Source: Jimgerdemannia flammicorona
Taxonomy: Eukaryota
Length of the DNA stretch: 33,826 bases
Reading direction: 5' to 3'
Assembly: GCA_003990765.1 (NCBI GenBank)
Contig: RBNJ01000298.1
Span: 1 to 33,826 of the forward strand
This document shows, piece after piece, positions 11,517 to 24,220 of this stretch. The notes under the pieces are model-generated. The model ran no database searches and had not been told where the DNA came from. It was given only the letters and a program-made list of their open reading frames with translations. Numbering within the stretch: position 1 is the stretch's first letter; every line of letters starts with the position of its first letter. Both the position numbers and the translations under genes were made by a program.

Positions 11517-13090
11517 TTGAGTTTTTAAAAAAGATCAGATTCTCAAAAAAGATTAAGTTATTAAAAAAGGGTATCTTATATTCAAATTAATGATTTTTTA
11601 CTCTAGATATTAGTTATAATAACAGATAATATATTTAACAATACTATATTTTTTCAAATAATTGAGATAGAGTTCAATTATACTGGTCTTAACTATCAGT
11701 CAATATAATATATATACTGTCTGGCTTATATTATTAATTTAGCTATTCAGAACTTTTTAGTCTATTTAAAGCTGATGATGATGTAAGTTAAGATAGTTCT
11801 AAAGAAATAATTTCAAAGCTCTAATTAATTATTATCAAGATCTGATTATCACTATAATATCAAGAGAAATTTATTATATAATATAAAGCTTTTAGAGTCT
11901 ACAATCTAAAAGAACTTATTTTGAATTTTGAAACTTAATGAAATTCAATATATTTGATAGTTGAATAAGCCTTGAATAATTAGAGATAAGTTGATTATAT
12001 TATATTTAATTTTTTTTCAGTTTTTTCTTCAAATAATCTAATAAATTAATCATTAATCTCAATGATTATAGCTAATAAAGATTTGCAAAAATATGCTATA
12101 GAAGACTATACTTGATAGATACTAAAAGATATTATTGATATACTAAAGTACTTTAAACAAGCAATAGATCTTATAGCTTGATATAAATATCTAAAGATTT
12201 ATTTTGCTATTCTTATTTATAACTTTCTAATAGATATATTGAAGAATAATGATTAAGAAATTTGAATATATACAAAAGAGCTAAATATTATTTATCTGAT
12301 ACTAACTGTAGCTATTACTAAATTAAAAATATATTATTCAATAAAAAATACTATAATTTATTATATTAGTACTAATAAGTAAATATTTTGATATTAGAGA
12401 TAGCATAAATCTATTTTGAAATTTACTTAGTATTAGAAACAGTATAAATCTATTTCAAAATTTACTTATTAGTAATTACTAATATATTTTAAATTTATTT
12501 TATTTTATTTTTTAATAAAAACCAGTACTTAATTCTAGATTTAAGCTAAAATATTATTTATCATACAATTGAGAAGACATTTAGATTAAAGAGGCTAAAG
12601 ACAAACTTTGTATAGTTTATATTTAAAACTATACTCCTCTATCTAGATTAATTAATTGAATAAGTTCTGAAGATCATAAAGAAGTAGGAGATAATATTAA
12701 TACTATATTATATAAATATATATTCAACAAAAAATAAAAACTAATGACAAATCCTGAATAGGAGATAAATACTTATTTAAAAAGTGAAACTATTAAATTT
12801 AAAGCAGGAGTTAATGAATTATCTTAGTAGTAAGTAGGTTAGAAATTTATATTTGAATTAAGTCAATTTTGAGTTTCTTTAATTAATTTAAATAATTGAA
12901 AATATTAGGGCCATAGTAGAGATTTTCCAAATTTAGCAAAAATAGCATATAACTACTTAACTATCACAGTAACAAGTACTCTAATTGAGAGAGTTTTTTC
13001 AAGTAGTAAAGATCTTATAGTAACTAAAAGAGGTATTTTAGACTCTGAAATAATTTATAAATATATGTATTTAAAGATATAATAATTATC
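10870..13090 (+). mobile_element. hAT-family DNA transposase remnant with introns, heavily mutated
   Basis: LIDFIKLSESHSDKNLA, ILVIITDNIFNN, YCLAYIINLAIQ (CxxH motif), ET**NS (TRWNS), and the hATC domain FPNLAKIAYNYLTITVTSTLIERVFSSSKDLI. Intron-like segments at ~11130-11180 and ~11308-11607. TIRs not identified. Confidence 0.85.
11322..11575. repeat. ~20-21-bp tandem repeat (GTTTTYAAAAAGRTTRA-like) with an embedded A62 run, inside a putative hAT intron
   Basis: About ten TTTT-AAAAAG units seen directly. The A run spans 11452-11513. Confidence 0.8.
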
Positions 13091-13429
13091 TAGTATTTCA
13101 ATAATAATAGCTAATTTCAAATCTTAAAATATAGTTAAATTTTGAAATACTAAATAAATATAGTACTCAGGTATAAGTATAACTTAGAACTTATAGATAT
13201 ATAATATCTGAATATAATTTCTGAATATATATCTAATTGTTATATTTAAATATGATTTTTATCATTTCTAGCCCCAATGAGATAAGTGAGATATTATTAT
13301 ATCTATCTAGGAAAACTAAGAATAGATGACAAGTAGTATGAATGATATAATATATAGAATTTTAAATATATTTAAAGCTTAAGGACATATATTAGTTACT
13401 TAGTTATTATATCTAAAATGCTTATACTT

Positions 13430-13890
13430 ATAAGCTTACAAACCTGCAAGTATATAAGCAATAAGCACAAGTCTATAAGCTTACAATTATGTGAGTAATA
13501 GATATAAGCTGAGAGCTTTGGATATTATAACAAGTATAAGTCTGCAAGCCTGTAATTCTATAAGTAATAAGTATAAGCCAAGAGCTTTAAATATTGTAAT
13601 ATATATAAGCTTATAATTCTATAAGTAATAAGTATAAGTCAAGAGCTTCAAATATTACAATAAGTATAAGTCCATAAGTCTATAATTTCATAAATAATAA
13701 GTATATATAAGTCAAGAGCTTTAAATATTATAATAAGTACAAGCCTATAAGCTTGCAATCCTGTAAGTAATAAGTATAAACTAAGAGCTTCAAATATTAC
13801 AATAAGTATAAGTCTGTAAGTATAAGTCTACAAACCTATAAGTATTAAACATAAGCTAAAAACTTCTGATATTGTAATAAGTATAGGTAA
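13430..13890. repeat. ~70-bp degenerate tandem repeat, ~6 copies
   Basis: Recurrent core AGTAATAAGTATAAGYYRAGAGCTTYRRATATTRYAA. Copies differ almost only by C/T and G/A. Confidence 0.85.
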
Positions 13891-14186
13891 AATATATATA
13901 AATAAGCTAGCTTTAATAGTAAAATAAAATAAAAAACAAAAAATGACCTCACCTTATAAAAAACTTCAATTCTATATTGATCATCTTTCTGAAGCCTTTG
14001 AGAATATAAATAATGCTATTAACAAGATTGTCATCTAGTTAAATAATGAAAAATCTAAGACTGATGATAAATACAAGAAGAAGAAGAAGAAGAAGAAAAG
14101 AAGTAATTAAGTAATTTATCTTAAGAACTGCCTCTGAAGCCACCCCTCAGGCTATCTTTAAAGTCTCTACCTCTGAGGTCTCTGAA

Positions 14187-14330
14187 GCTACTGCCTAAGC
14201 TTAAGCTATCACCTAAGTCTAAACTACTATCTAAGTCTAAGCTACTACTCTAGTCCAAGCTACTACCTAAGTCTAAGCTACTGCTCAAGCCTAAGTTACT
14301 ACTCAAGTCCAAACTACTACTCAAGTTCAA
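14187..14330 (+). repeat. 18-bp tandem repeat x8 (ATTQVQ-like coding repeat)
   Basis: GCTACTRCYYAAGYCYAA units in exact 18-bp phase. Confidence 0.9.
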
Positions 14331-14339
14331 ACTGAGAAG

Positions 14340-17300
14340 ATCTCTGAGGTTCTCATGATCAGCAGTTCTGGTTTTTTTTAGCAAACATTATCTCAAATAG
14401 CTTTTATTTGGTAGAGGCAGTAGGGATATTCCAAATTTTCTATAGGATCTCAGATAAGCAGAGGTTCCAGTTAGTAGGATTGACTTAGGTAAGTTCTTTC
14501 TTGATGATATGATTCATTTTTTCTATCATATAATTGGTCTGAGGGTAGTATGATATAGTCTATTTGAGATGGATCTTATAAATTCAGATATAACTTATAA
14601 TTATGTTATTGATAAATTGGGTACCTCAGTCAGAGATAAGTTCTCCTAGAGATCCATATCTAAGTATAAGTCTATGGAGGAGATCAATGATGGTCAAGAT
14701 ATCTGTAATTTCTATTGGAAAGACTTCAGGCTACTTGGTCAGATATTCTACAAATACTAGGATATACTTATTTCTTCTTAATATAACTGGTAGAGATCCA
14801 ATTATATCTACTCTCTATCTTTAGAAGATATTGTCTGATAGTATGATTGATTGTAATAGTACTTGATAATTCTTCTTTTCTTAATACTTCTGGCAGATGT
14901 TACATTTCTTGAGTATGTCTCAAACTTGTATTCTGAGATCAAGCTAATGTTGATATATTATTCATAGCTTTTCTTCTATATTTACCTATCCTTGGTGAGC
15001 TTTTTGATATTCTTTTCAGATGAGATCTTCTTGTACTTAGATAGTCAGAGGAGCTTCCTTTAGAGTATAGTTCCTTGATATATCCTTCTCCTGGTTTATT
15101 GAGATTGGTGGAAAAATATATCAACATTATTGTAAGATTTTCTTACTTTATAGATAATAGTACTTTGTAATCCTAAAGGATAAGAATCTAGCAGACCAGG
15201 ATTCTAGTGAGTTTCTTATAGTTGAATAGTCATTTAAGGGTAGCATAGTTAGTTATCAGGGTGAATTTTTTTCCAATAAGATAATGCTTGAATAAAGTGA
15301 CAGTCTATATAACTGTAAGAAATTCCAATTTAGTACTACTATAGTTGATCTGCTGCTGATTGATAGCTCAGCTTATATAAGCTATTATATGATATTATTA
15401 ATCAGATCTTTCTTAGACTAGAACTGCTCCAAGACCATCTTTGGAAGCATCTGTATATAAGATAAATGACTTCTATAGATTAGGCCAGACAAGGATTGGT
15501 GCTGTAGTCATATAGTGCTTGAGTTTCTTGAAGATCTTCTTCTATGATTCTGTTCATTTATAAGGTACTTCTTTCTTGAGAAGGATTTGAATTAGAGTAA
15601 TAATTTGGGCAAAGTTCTTGATAAACCTTCTTTAGTAGAATACTAATATTAGAAATAATAGTATTTCCTTTGGAGTCTTAGGTACTGGCTAGTTGTTGAT
15701 CTTCTTGATTTTCTTTAGGTCTGTATAGATCTCTTCTTTCAAAACTATGAATCTAAAGAATTCAAGTTTCTATTTCCCAAAGTAGCATTTCTTGGCATTG
15801 AGCCTCAGGTGGTTCTTATGGGTGAGCTTGAAGAATTCTTCTAGATAGTGTAGGTATTCCTCAAAATTTGCATATATATAATTAGATAATGGTAGATCAA
15901 TAGGCTATAGACTGAATTCATCATTCTCTAGAAGATAGAGAGTATATTGCAAAGTCCAAAGGACATTCAAGAGTACTCAAATAGTTTTTCTAAGACAAGA
16001 AGACTATTTTCTAAATGTCTTTGAGATCTATAGAGATCTTATGGAATCCTGTAAAAAGGTCCATACTACTGAAGTATCTGGTATCTTGTAACTGATCCAA
16101 GAGATCATCAATTTTGGGCAAAGGATAGGCATCCTTCTCATTGACTGAATTGAGTTTCCTGTAGTCTATACAGAGTCTCTATCTTTCTTTCTTTGGTATA
16201 ATAAGTATAGAGCTGGCCCAAGGGCTGGTGAAGAGTCAGATGACTCCATTGTCTAAGAGTTCTTGAATATGTTCCTTTTCAAATATCTTGAAGTGATGGG
16301 ATATTCTATAGAGTTTCTGCCAGATAGGTATTGCATTTTCTGTATTTATTCTGTAGTAATATGATGGATTGTATGGTAGGTTATTATAATTAGTAGTAAA
16401 GATATCTTGGTATTTATTGAGAAGTTTTACTAGTTGTTGCTGTTGTTGAGATATTAATTCTTCTCCAATGTTAGTAGAAGGCTTCACTATCTTCTGGATC
16501 ACAGAGGGGTCTTTCTTTTCTTCTGGGACCTTTTGCTATTTCCTGATAGATTTAGCTTATAGACTTCTCTGTAGATTTAGTTGAGAAAGAGTACTTGGAG
16601 ATCTCCTGCAAGAAGTTGGACTTGTATAATGAGGTCTTCTAGTTCTTGAGCAATTTAGTCAAAGTTAGTAGCAGAGCTGTCTATATAATCTGGTTGGTCT
16701 GGTAGGAAGTCTGTTAGTACTAGCTGGGAATTCTATACTATACTGACTTCCTATTGAGATTCTTCTGATACTGGGTAGTTGATAAGTCTTGAAGTAATTA
16801 CTTCTCTTCCTATCCAGATGCTGGTGATGACTGATTCTCTTATAGTAGCAGAGATTGGTATTGTATCAAATGTATCCAGTTTGACTGTGGGTTCTTATAA
16901 GCTGAAAAGTTATATTAATTTTGAAATCTTCTCAGTTGAGCCCCCAAATATAACATACCCAACTCAATGGAGATAAATTACAAGGTTGGGAGTTAGTATA
17001 GTTTGACTTGAGCTCCTAGTTACTTTATCAAAAAGTAACAAAATATTCTAAGATTCCTTGTTAGAGTTTAGTAGTATAATAGTCAAAGCTAGATATCTGT
17101 GAATAATTCTGATAATTTCTTTATTAAGATGGTTCTTAGATATGAGCAGTGATTTATATATATATGTCAGATAATCTTTATATAATATGAATGGATTCCT
17201 TATATAGAACAGTCTGATAATTTAGCAGTTGCTTTCTTAAGTAGTAGTAATCTCTTATATAGTATGATGGATTCTTTATATAATTTTTGTATAATGATTA

Positions 17301-18050
17301 TATTTTTAAAAGTATGTGATTTCTGTATGATGATCTTAGTATAATGATCTCTGTATAGCATAATAATCTCAGTAGTATTCCTGAATAAGCAGTGATAAAC
17401 TGGCAGCTAACTCAATTTGATAGATAACTTGGTTTGGCAGATAACTCAGATAACTCAGTAACTTGGTTGGCAGATAACTCAATAACTTGGATAACTTGAA
17501 TAACTCAAAAATAGTAAATGATGTAGATTCTTCTTAAATTAGCAGACTTCTGAAAAATAACTCAGATAGTATAAATTGTAGATTCTTGGCAAGTTATGTC
17601 AAAGACTGGTTTTATTTATATAGAGTTATATTATAGACTAACTCTACTGTGAAGTTACATCAGATAGACTGGCTTGTAGTAAGATTTCTTAAGATGAGCT
17701 CTCTGGGAATAGTAGACTTCTTGAATAATAACTCAGATTCTTCTCTTAGTAAAGTTATATTAAAGACTGGTTTCATTTGTATAGGGTTATATCATAGACT
17801 AGCTCTACTGCAAAGTTATATCAGATAGACTGACTTTATAGTAAGAGGGATTTTAGACTTATCTGGTAAGTAGACCAAAATATAACAGATTTCTCTTAAA
17901 AATGACAGTAAAGTTCTTTTTTAAACTTAAGTGGTAAATACTCTTGAACTTGTTCTTTGTATCAGAAAGTAGACCAGAGTGGGAAAAAGTAAGCTCACAA
18001 TCTTCTAATAGTAGCTTTAGAGTTTCTCTTAAAGTGTGATAGATAGACTT
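14340..18050 (-). mobile_element. Ty3/gypsy element, degenerate (RT-RNaseH-integrase at ~16500-14340; probable gag region upstream)
   Basis: - strand: SPWASSILIIPKKD, KDAYPLPKIDDLLDQL, FSSMDLFTGFH (RT); YTDASKDGLGAVL, KHYLIGKKFTLIT (RNase H); CNICQK, VDIIGSLP, ELISD*GTQF, SYYPQTN (integrase). The 5' boundary is approximate and no LTR was identified. Confidence 0.85.
17400..17846. repeat. 9-bp GATAACTYR repeats followed by an imperfect ~140-bp direct duplication (~17545-17686 and ~17714-17846)
   Basis: Both copies contain aaagactggttt...tagacta.ctctactg..aagtta.atcagatagactg. Confidence 0.75.
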
Positions 18051-21000
18051 ATCTTTTGCTTTTGAACTTTTTGAACTGAGGTTTATTTACTCTTATCTCT
18101 GAGGTATTTTATATAGTATGATAATACTTTAGAAACTGATGATATAAAAAGCCAGAAGACTGCTCAGACTTTATAAAAAGAAGTAGCCTAGCCAGAGAAG
18201 AGAAACTCCATATAGCTGGAGGAGTTATAGACCAGAGATTCAAAGACAAAATCAAAGTCCTACTATATAATACTGGATAAAAGGTCATCAAAATCATCTG
18301 TGGAAAATGAATTGCTCAAGCTATTATTGAAGTGATATATAATGATCTTAAAGTAGAAAAAATAAGTGAACTATTACTTTTCAATAGAGGAGAAAAAGTC
18401 TTTAGATCAACAGAAAAGCACACTGACAAGACCAAGGAGAAGACTAAGATATAGAAGAACATCTACATTAAAGAACCCCAAGACTGAGACCAGAAATGGT
18501 ACTAGTGTATTACTGATAGATATGTCCTCACAGAATGATACCATCATGAAATCAAGATATACTATTTCAAACATATAGGAGAATGTATTATATGTGTCCT
18601 CAAATCCAAAAAGTTCAAGCCAACTATCTCAGAATAATGAAATAAAGAGATTAAAAACATCAATGATGAAGATGAAGAAGTATAAGATTAGGAAGAAACT
18701 ACCCCAGAAATAATTGCTACCTAGCAAAAGACTAATATAGAATGTATCTACCTATAAGAAAAAATTGAAGGAAACACTATTGAAGTTTTGATTGATAGTA
18801 GAGTAAGCAAATACTATCTTGATCAAGAAACTGTCAATAAATTTCACCTCAAGATACAAGGAAACTTAGAAGAAAACATTGCTATCTTTGGTAATAGAAT
18901 AATATAGAAACTTTTCAAGATATATAAGAATGTATTACTATAACTTAGAAACTATACTATAAGATAAATCTTCTATACCACATATCTTCCAGTATATAAT
19001 TTTATTCTCAGAAAATCCTGGCTCACTCAGAAGAATCCTCACATTAATTGGTGAACCAATATGATCTCTCTAGGTGATATCAAGCTATAACCTGAGCAAA
19101 TCAAGAAGAAACCAAAGTCTAGATATGATATCATCTCTGCCATCTAAATGAAAAAGTTAATTTAAAAACCAGACCAGTATATCTATATATGTACAGTCAA
19201 AGAAACTCCAGAAGAAGATGATAAAAAACTTCCTGAGCTCCTAAAAGATGAAGATGATGAGAAAGATAATCTTTAAGAACTACTCAATAAATATAAAGAT
19301 GTCTTCCAAAAATCTCAAAAACTGTCATCAGCCCAAGCAGTAGAATATAGCATCAAAACCATTCCTGGTTGTGACTCTTCCTATTATAAAATCTACTAAT
19401 TAGCCCAACCTAAGTTAAAGACTCTCAAAGAATAACTAGTAGAATTAACAAGCAAAGGACTTATCTGTCCATTAAAATCACCATATAGTATACCAATTCT
19501 CTTTATTTATAAGAAGGATAGAAGTCTCTATATGTATATTAACTACCAAGTACTTAATAAAATCTTAGTCAAGAACTTATATATACTCTCAAGAATCAAT
19601 AAACTATTTGATCAAGTATATAAGGCCAAGACCTTCTCACTTATTGATCTTATATCTGGATATTATCAAATTTGTATCAAAGAAGAGGATATTTCTAAAA
19701 TAGTCTTTTGAATAAAATTTGGTCATTATGAATTCTGTGTAATACTATTTAGTCTCACCAATATACTAGCAACTTTCCAAATACTAATAAATGCCATTTT
19801 TCAAAAATACCTTAGAGTTTTTATTCTGATCTACCTGGATGATATCCTGATATATAGTATAAGTAATATTATTCACTGACAATACTTGCAAATGATTTTT
19901 GACATACTCTATAAATATAAGCTTTTAGCAAAAAAGAAAAAATATAATTTCTTTAAGAAGATAATTGAATACCTAGGATATATCTTTGAAAATGATATTG
20001 CTATTAACCCTAAGAAAACTCAAGCAATCTACAATTGGCCTATTCCTAAGACTCTCAAGTCCTTATGAGGATTCAATAGACTAGCAGAATATTATAGGAG
20101 ATTTATTCAAAGATTCTCTATGATTACCATCCTACTCACAAGTCTTATCAAGAAAGGAGCTAATATCAAAAAAGAATAGACAGAGATATATGTATATCAT
20201 AGCTATGATCCTGATCAGTTCTGATCCAACAGGACCATTTGTAGTCACTACTGATACTTCCAATATTGCTATTAGAGTAGTTTTGACTCAATATAAATAT
20301 TCTGTTACCTACCTGTCTTAGAAACTCAATGAGTATGAAATAAACTATATAATATAAGATAAGGAACTCCTTACTGTCATCTGATCCTTATAAGTATAGA
20401 GATACTTCCTTTTTGACAAAAAGTTCACCTTGTAGACTGATCATTAAGCTCTTTAATATATCTAGACACAGTCAATCCTCACAGAAAGACAAGCCCAATA
20501 GATGTAGATCCTTATACTTTTTAATATCAAAATCAAGCACATTTCTGGAATTAAGAATGAAGTAGCTGATATACTCTCCCAAAGTACTCAAAAAGAAGAC
20601 CTCACAATAATTAATAATATTATCACTAGTCTATTTGAAGAAGTTAAGAAAGAATATATTAAAGATATTAACATATAAGAAATTATCAAACAAATCCTCA
20701 AAGAAGGCAGCAATATCATAAAGAAAGTCTATAAAAATGTATCTGTTCAAAATAGATATATATATCTTAATAATATAAGAATCTGGGTCTCTGATATCTC
20801 TATTTACTTATGAATTCTGCAAGAACTCTATGATATACCTATAGTTAGTTATATGGGATTTGACAAGATATACCAGAATATTGCCTGAGACTTCTACTGG
20901 TCCAAAATCACATCAGACATTAAGAATTATATTATATCCTGTAATATCTGTCAAAGGTACAAGTCCAACAATTAGATACTGACTGGTACTCTACAACTAC

Positions 21001-22220
21001 TACCAATTCTCACCCAAAATTGGGACTATATTGATATGGACTTTATTGTCCAATTGTCAAAAACTAAGAAGGGAAGAGATGCAATTATTATCTTTATTAA
21101 TTATCTCAGTAAGTAGGCCTACTTTATTACAATAACTACTATAGCAACAATACCAGAAACAGTACAACTGTTTATTGATAATATATTCTATCTTTATGGA
21201 CTACTATTAGTAATTATCTCAGACTAAGATACAAAGCTTACAAATAACTTTTGGTAAGCACTCTTCAAGAACCTAAGAGTGCAACTAAAAATGTCTACAG
21301 TATACTATGTATCTATAAACAGATGGCCAAACAGAAAGAATCAATTAAACTCTAAAGCAGATACTTAGTATCTACTGTGGCTATAAGCAAAATGATTGAG
21401 ATGAAAAGCTGATCTTAGCCAAATTCACTTACAACAACAGCCCAAGTATAAGTACCAAGATGATATCATTCTACTTGAACAATAGACAATACCCATAAAC
21501 TCCTATAGTTGCTATTCAAACCACAGTATCAGTAGTACAAGAAATTACCAATATCATACAAAATAATATTCAGCAAGCATAAGATGCTCTCATAGAAGTA
21601 CAGAAGATATAAATAGTATATACTAATAAAAATAGAAGAGAAGTTATCTACAAAATAGGAGAACAAGTATTACTCAGCATCTGGTATCTGATCCTGAGTA
21701 ATACTGATTCAAAGAAGAAACTCAGACTATGCTACATTAGACTATTCAAGATCTTTGAGAAATATAGACCTGTCATATACAAGCTTGATCTCCTAGCAAT
21801 ACTAAGAAGAATCTATTCAGTATTTCATATATCTCAACTTTAGCTATATACTCCAAATATCTTCAAAGGAAAAACCATGTCACCTCTAGATCTAGTAATT
21901 ATTAATCAATAATAAGAATATGAAGTTGATCATATCTTAGATTATAAGGATCACTGATTTGAATGAGCTACTAAGCCCATCTGGTACTATCTTATAAAAT
22001 AGAAAAGATATCCTAGATATGATACAACCTGGGAAAAAGAAGATAATTTTTTCCAAATGCAAAAGAAACAATAACCCAATATAGAAATTAAGTATAATAG
22101 AAATTCCAATGAAATTTCCAAAAGATAGTTATATCTCTATTTCTGATTAATCTAGTGAAAAGAAGTATAAATATCCTAATATAAACCTGTATAGATAACT
22201 CACCCCCCTCTCCTCCCAAT

Positions 22221-22712
22221 ATGAGTACTCAGTAATGACACCAAGAATAAGTCAAGAATAGGATTAGTACTGTTATTCTTAGAGCAATCGAATACCAATA
22301 GAACTCTACTGAACCACTATCTATCAATATACAAATCTCTGAAGATCCAGATCCAAATAAAGCCCAATAATGTCTTGGAAGAATATAATATTTTCAGGTC
22401 TTCTAATACTAATAAGAACTTAAGAAGTATTATGAGATAGGACACCTTATCTATTATAAGCTACCCTTAGTACTGCCAAATAATAAGCTCATCTTTTTAT
22501 CAACTACTATATATGTATATATAGTTACCAAGAGACTCTATGTTCTTTTCTGCACTTAATCTCAAGTTCTTGACCATATTTATAAAGTATCTCCTGAGAA
22601 TATTGCCAACTTAAGTAATGAACAATAAAGCAAAATTATCTTTTAAGTAGTCTAGTATACTGCTTTTCAGTTTGAGGAATATCTAGAGTTTAGTACTAAG
22701 TCTAATAAGTAA
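22221..22712 (+). pseudogene. Putative accessory ORF of the chromovirus (164 codons, many stops, no net frameshift)
   Basis: ATG 22221 to TAA 22710-22712 in one frame, filling the gap between the chromodomain and the PPT. Motif shared with ORF 1458-2291. Confidence 0.55.
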
Positions 22713-22720
22713 GCTCAAGC

Positions 22721-22734
22721 AAAGAAGAGAAGGA
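22721..22734 (+). other. Polypurine tract
   Basis: AAAGAAGAGAAGGA immediately before TGTAAT. Confidence 0.7.
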
Positions 22735-23116
22735 TGTAATGAATCATTATAAGCCTCTAGAATTTCTGACTAGCAGTTATAATTATTCAAAGTAGTATAA
22801 CTATATATAAATATACTCAGTATATCATATTTAGTCATAGCCTACAAATATGTATAAATATCCTCTATACTAAGTAAATTATAACCTCAGCTCCACTTTT
22901 CACAATATAAAAATAAAGTAGTATTCTTATAATAAAAACCTCAGATCTGACTTATTAATAATTTTAAGCCTAATCAACTTAAGATACAAGTACAATCTCT
23001 TTCAAAATAAGAACCTGAAAGTGATACTTAGACTCTACTATATTAGACAATTCAGAACTCTGCATTTTCTCAAAAACTCAGAACTTAGAGTTGATAGTTA
23101 CTGTTGATTATCTACA
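22735..23116 (+). repeat. 3' LTR of the chromovirus (~380 bp)
   Basis: Starts TGTA after the PPT, with a candidate TACA end at 23116 and TATA/AATAAA-like motifs at ~22905-22940. No 5' partner available to confirm the right end. Confidence 0.6.
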
Positions 23117-23119
23117 ATA

Positions 23120-24220
23120 TAGTAATTCTATCAATATATAGTTTTATTATAGTATTTTAAAATAATTATATATTATTTATTAATTAGATTATTTATTAAA
23201 TTATATAATTAGGTGTTTTTTTTTTTTTTAAATATATATATATTTAATTAACTAAAGATAATAGTAATAAAATTAATATAGCATAATTATAATATTTCTC
23301 AACTTATTATAGAATTTAATAGAGTATAAAAAGCTTTTTTCTATTAATAAGTTTTTTTTTTTAAATATATATATATTTCAGAGCCTTATCATAGATTTTA
23401 TCTTATTATGAGTTTAAATTTAATTTTTAATTATATTAAATAAGTTTTTATAAAGCAATTTCTTAAAATAAAAATAGAAATTAGTATAATCTAATTTCTT
23501 TATATTTAAGTCTTATTATTATTAATAATCTTATTAATAGTTTTTTTTACAAAACTTTCTATATATAGCTTTACTACTAAAAAAGTATAGTATTTGTTTG
23601 AAAAATTTTGTTTTTATATTCTAATATAATTTTAAGAATAAATATATTCAAAAACCTCTTATATCAAAATTATAAACAATTATATAGTTTTATTTTTTAG
23701 TTAGCTGTATACATATATTATAAATTATTTATGAGCAGTTAACACTCAATAGTCTTAATTAACTTTGATGAGACAGCTTGACTTAAAGCTTGGTCTTAGT
23801 GTATATTGCCCATTTAATAACTATATATTTTTGATGTACTGGATTCACTATTCAAAGGTGAATTCAGTACATCAAAGATAATTAAATTTGGAGGTATATT
23901 CATAGAGTTATTAATGTTATATTTACAGTCTATATCTGTATTAGCTGAATTTCGGTATTTTAGCGAAGCCGTCTTATTGATTTGAAGCCAAGTGGTCCCA
24001 TCGATTGAGGCCAAGCCAGCCTTTTTTTTTTTTTTTTAAGATATCTACATTAAATAGGTTTAATCGTCTCAATTTTTGCTTAATTCATTCATATGTCAAA
24101 AAACTACCTCAATTTTACGTCATTTAATGACTGTGACATAATAGATTAAAATCTTGTGAAATCTATTTCATTAATAAGATCAATTTTGTCACAGTAAGAT
24201 TTTAAAAGTGGCGACCTCAT
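23120..24220 (-). mobile_element. Unclassified AT-rich degenerate repeat, possibly the 5' part of a DNA transposon
   Basis: Track ORF 23814..24014 continues leftwards in a stop-riddled, coding-like frame. No diagnostic motif recognised. Confidence 0.25.

Larger units (their letters stand above)
18100..23116 (+). mobile_element. Chromovirus (Ty3/gypsy with chromodomain), 5'-truncated, degenerate
   Basis: Protease EVLIDSRVS (~18782); [29 protein letters not shown]; RNase H FVVTTDTS, DKELL; integrase CNICQRYK, WDYIDMDFIVQL; chromodomain EYEVDHILD...YYLIK*KRYP..DTTWE (~21915-22040); PPT and LTR. Confidence 0.92.

Noticed and set aside
13130..13900. 3' LTR of the minus-strand gypsy
   Set aside because: No convincing PPT or TG..CA ends and no partner copy.
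23755..23790. LINFDETA, resembling the pogo/Fot1 NFDET motif
   Set aside because: An isolated short match with no following DDE_1 motifs; the opposite strand looks more coding-like.
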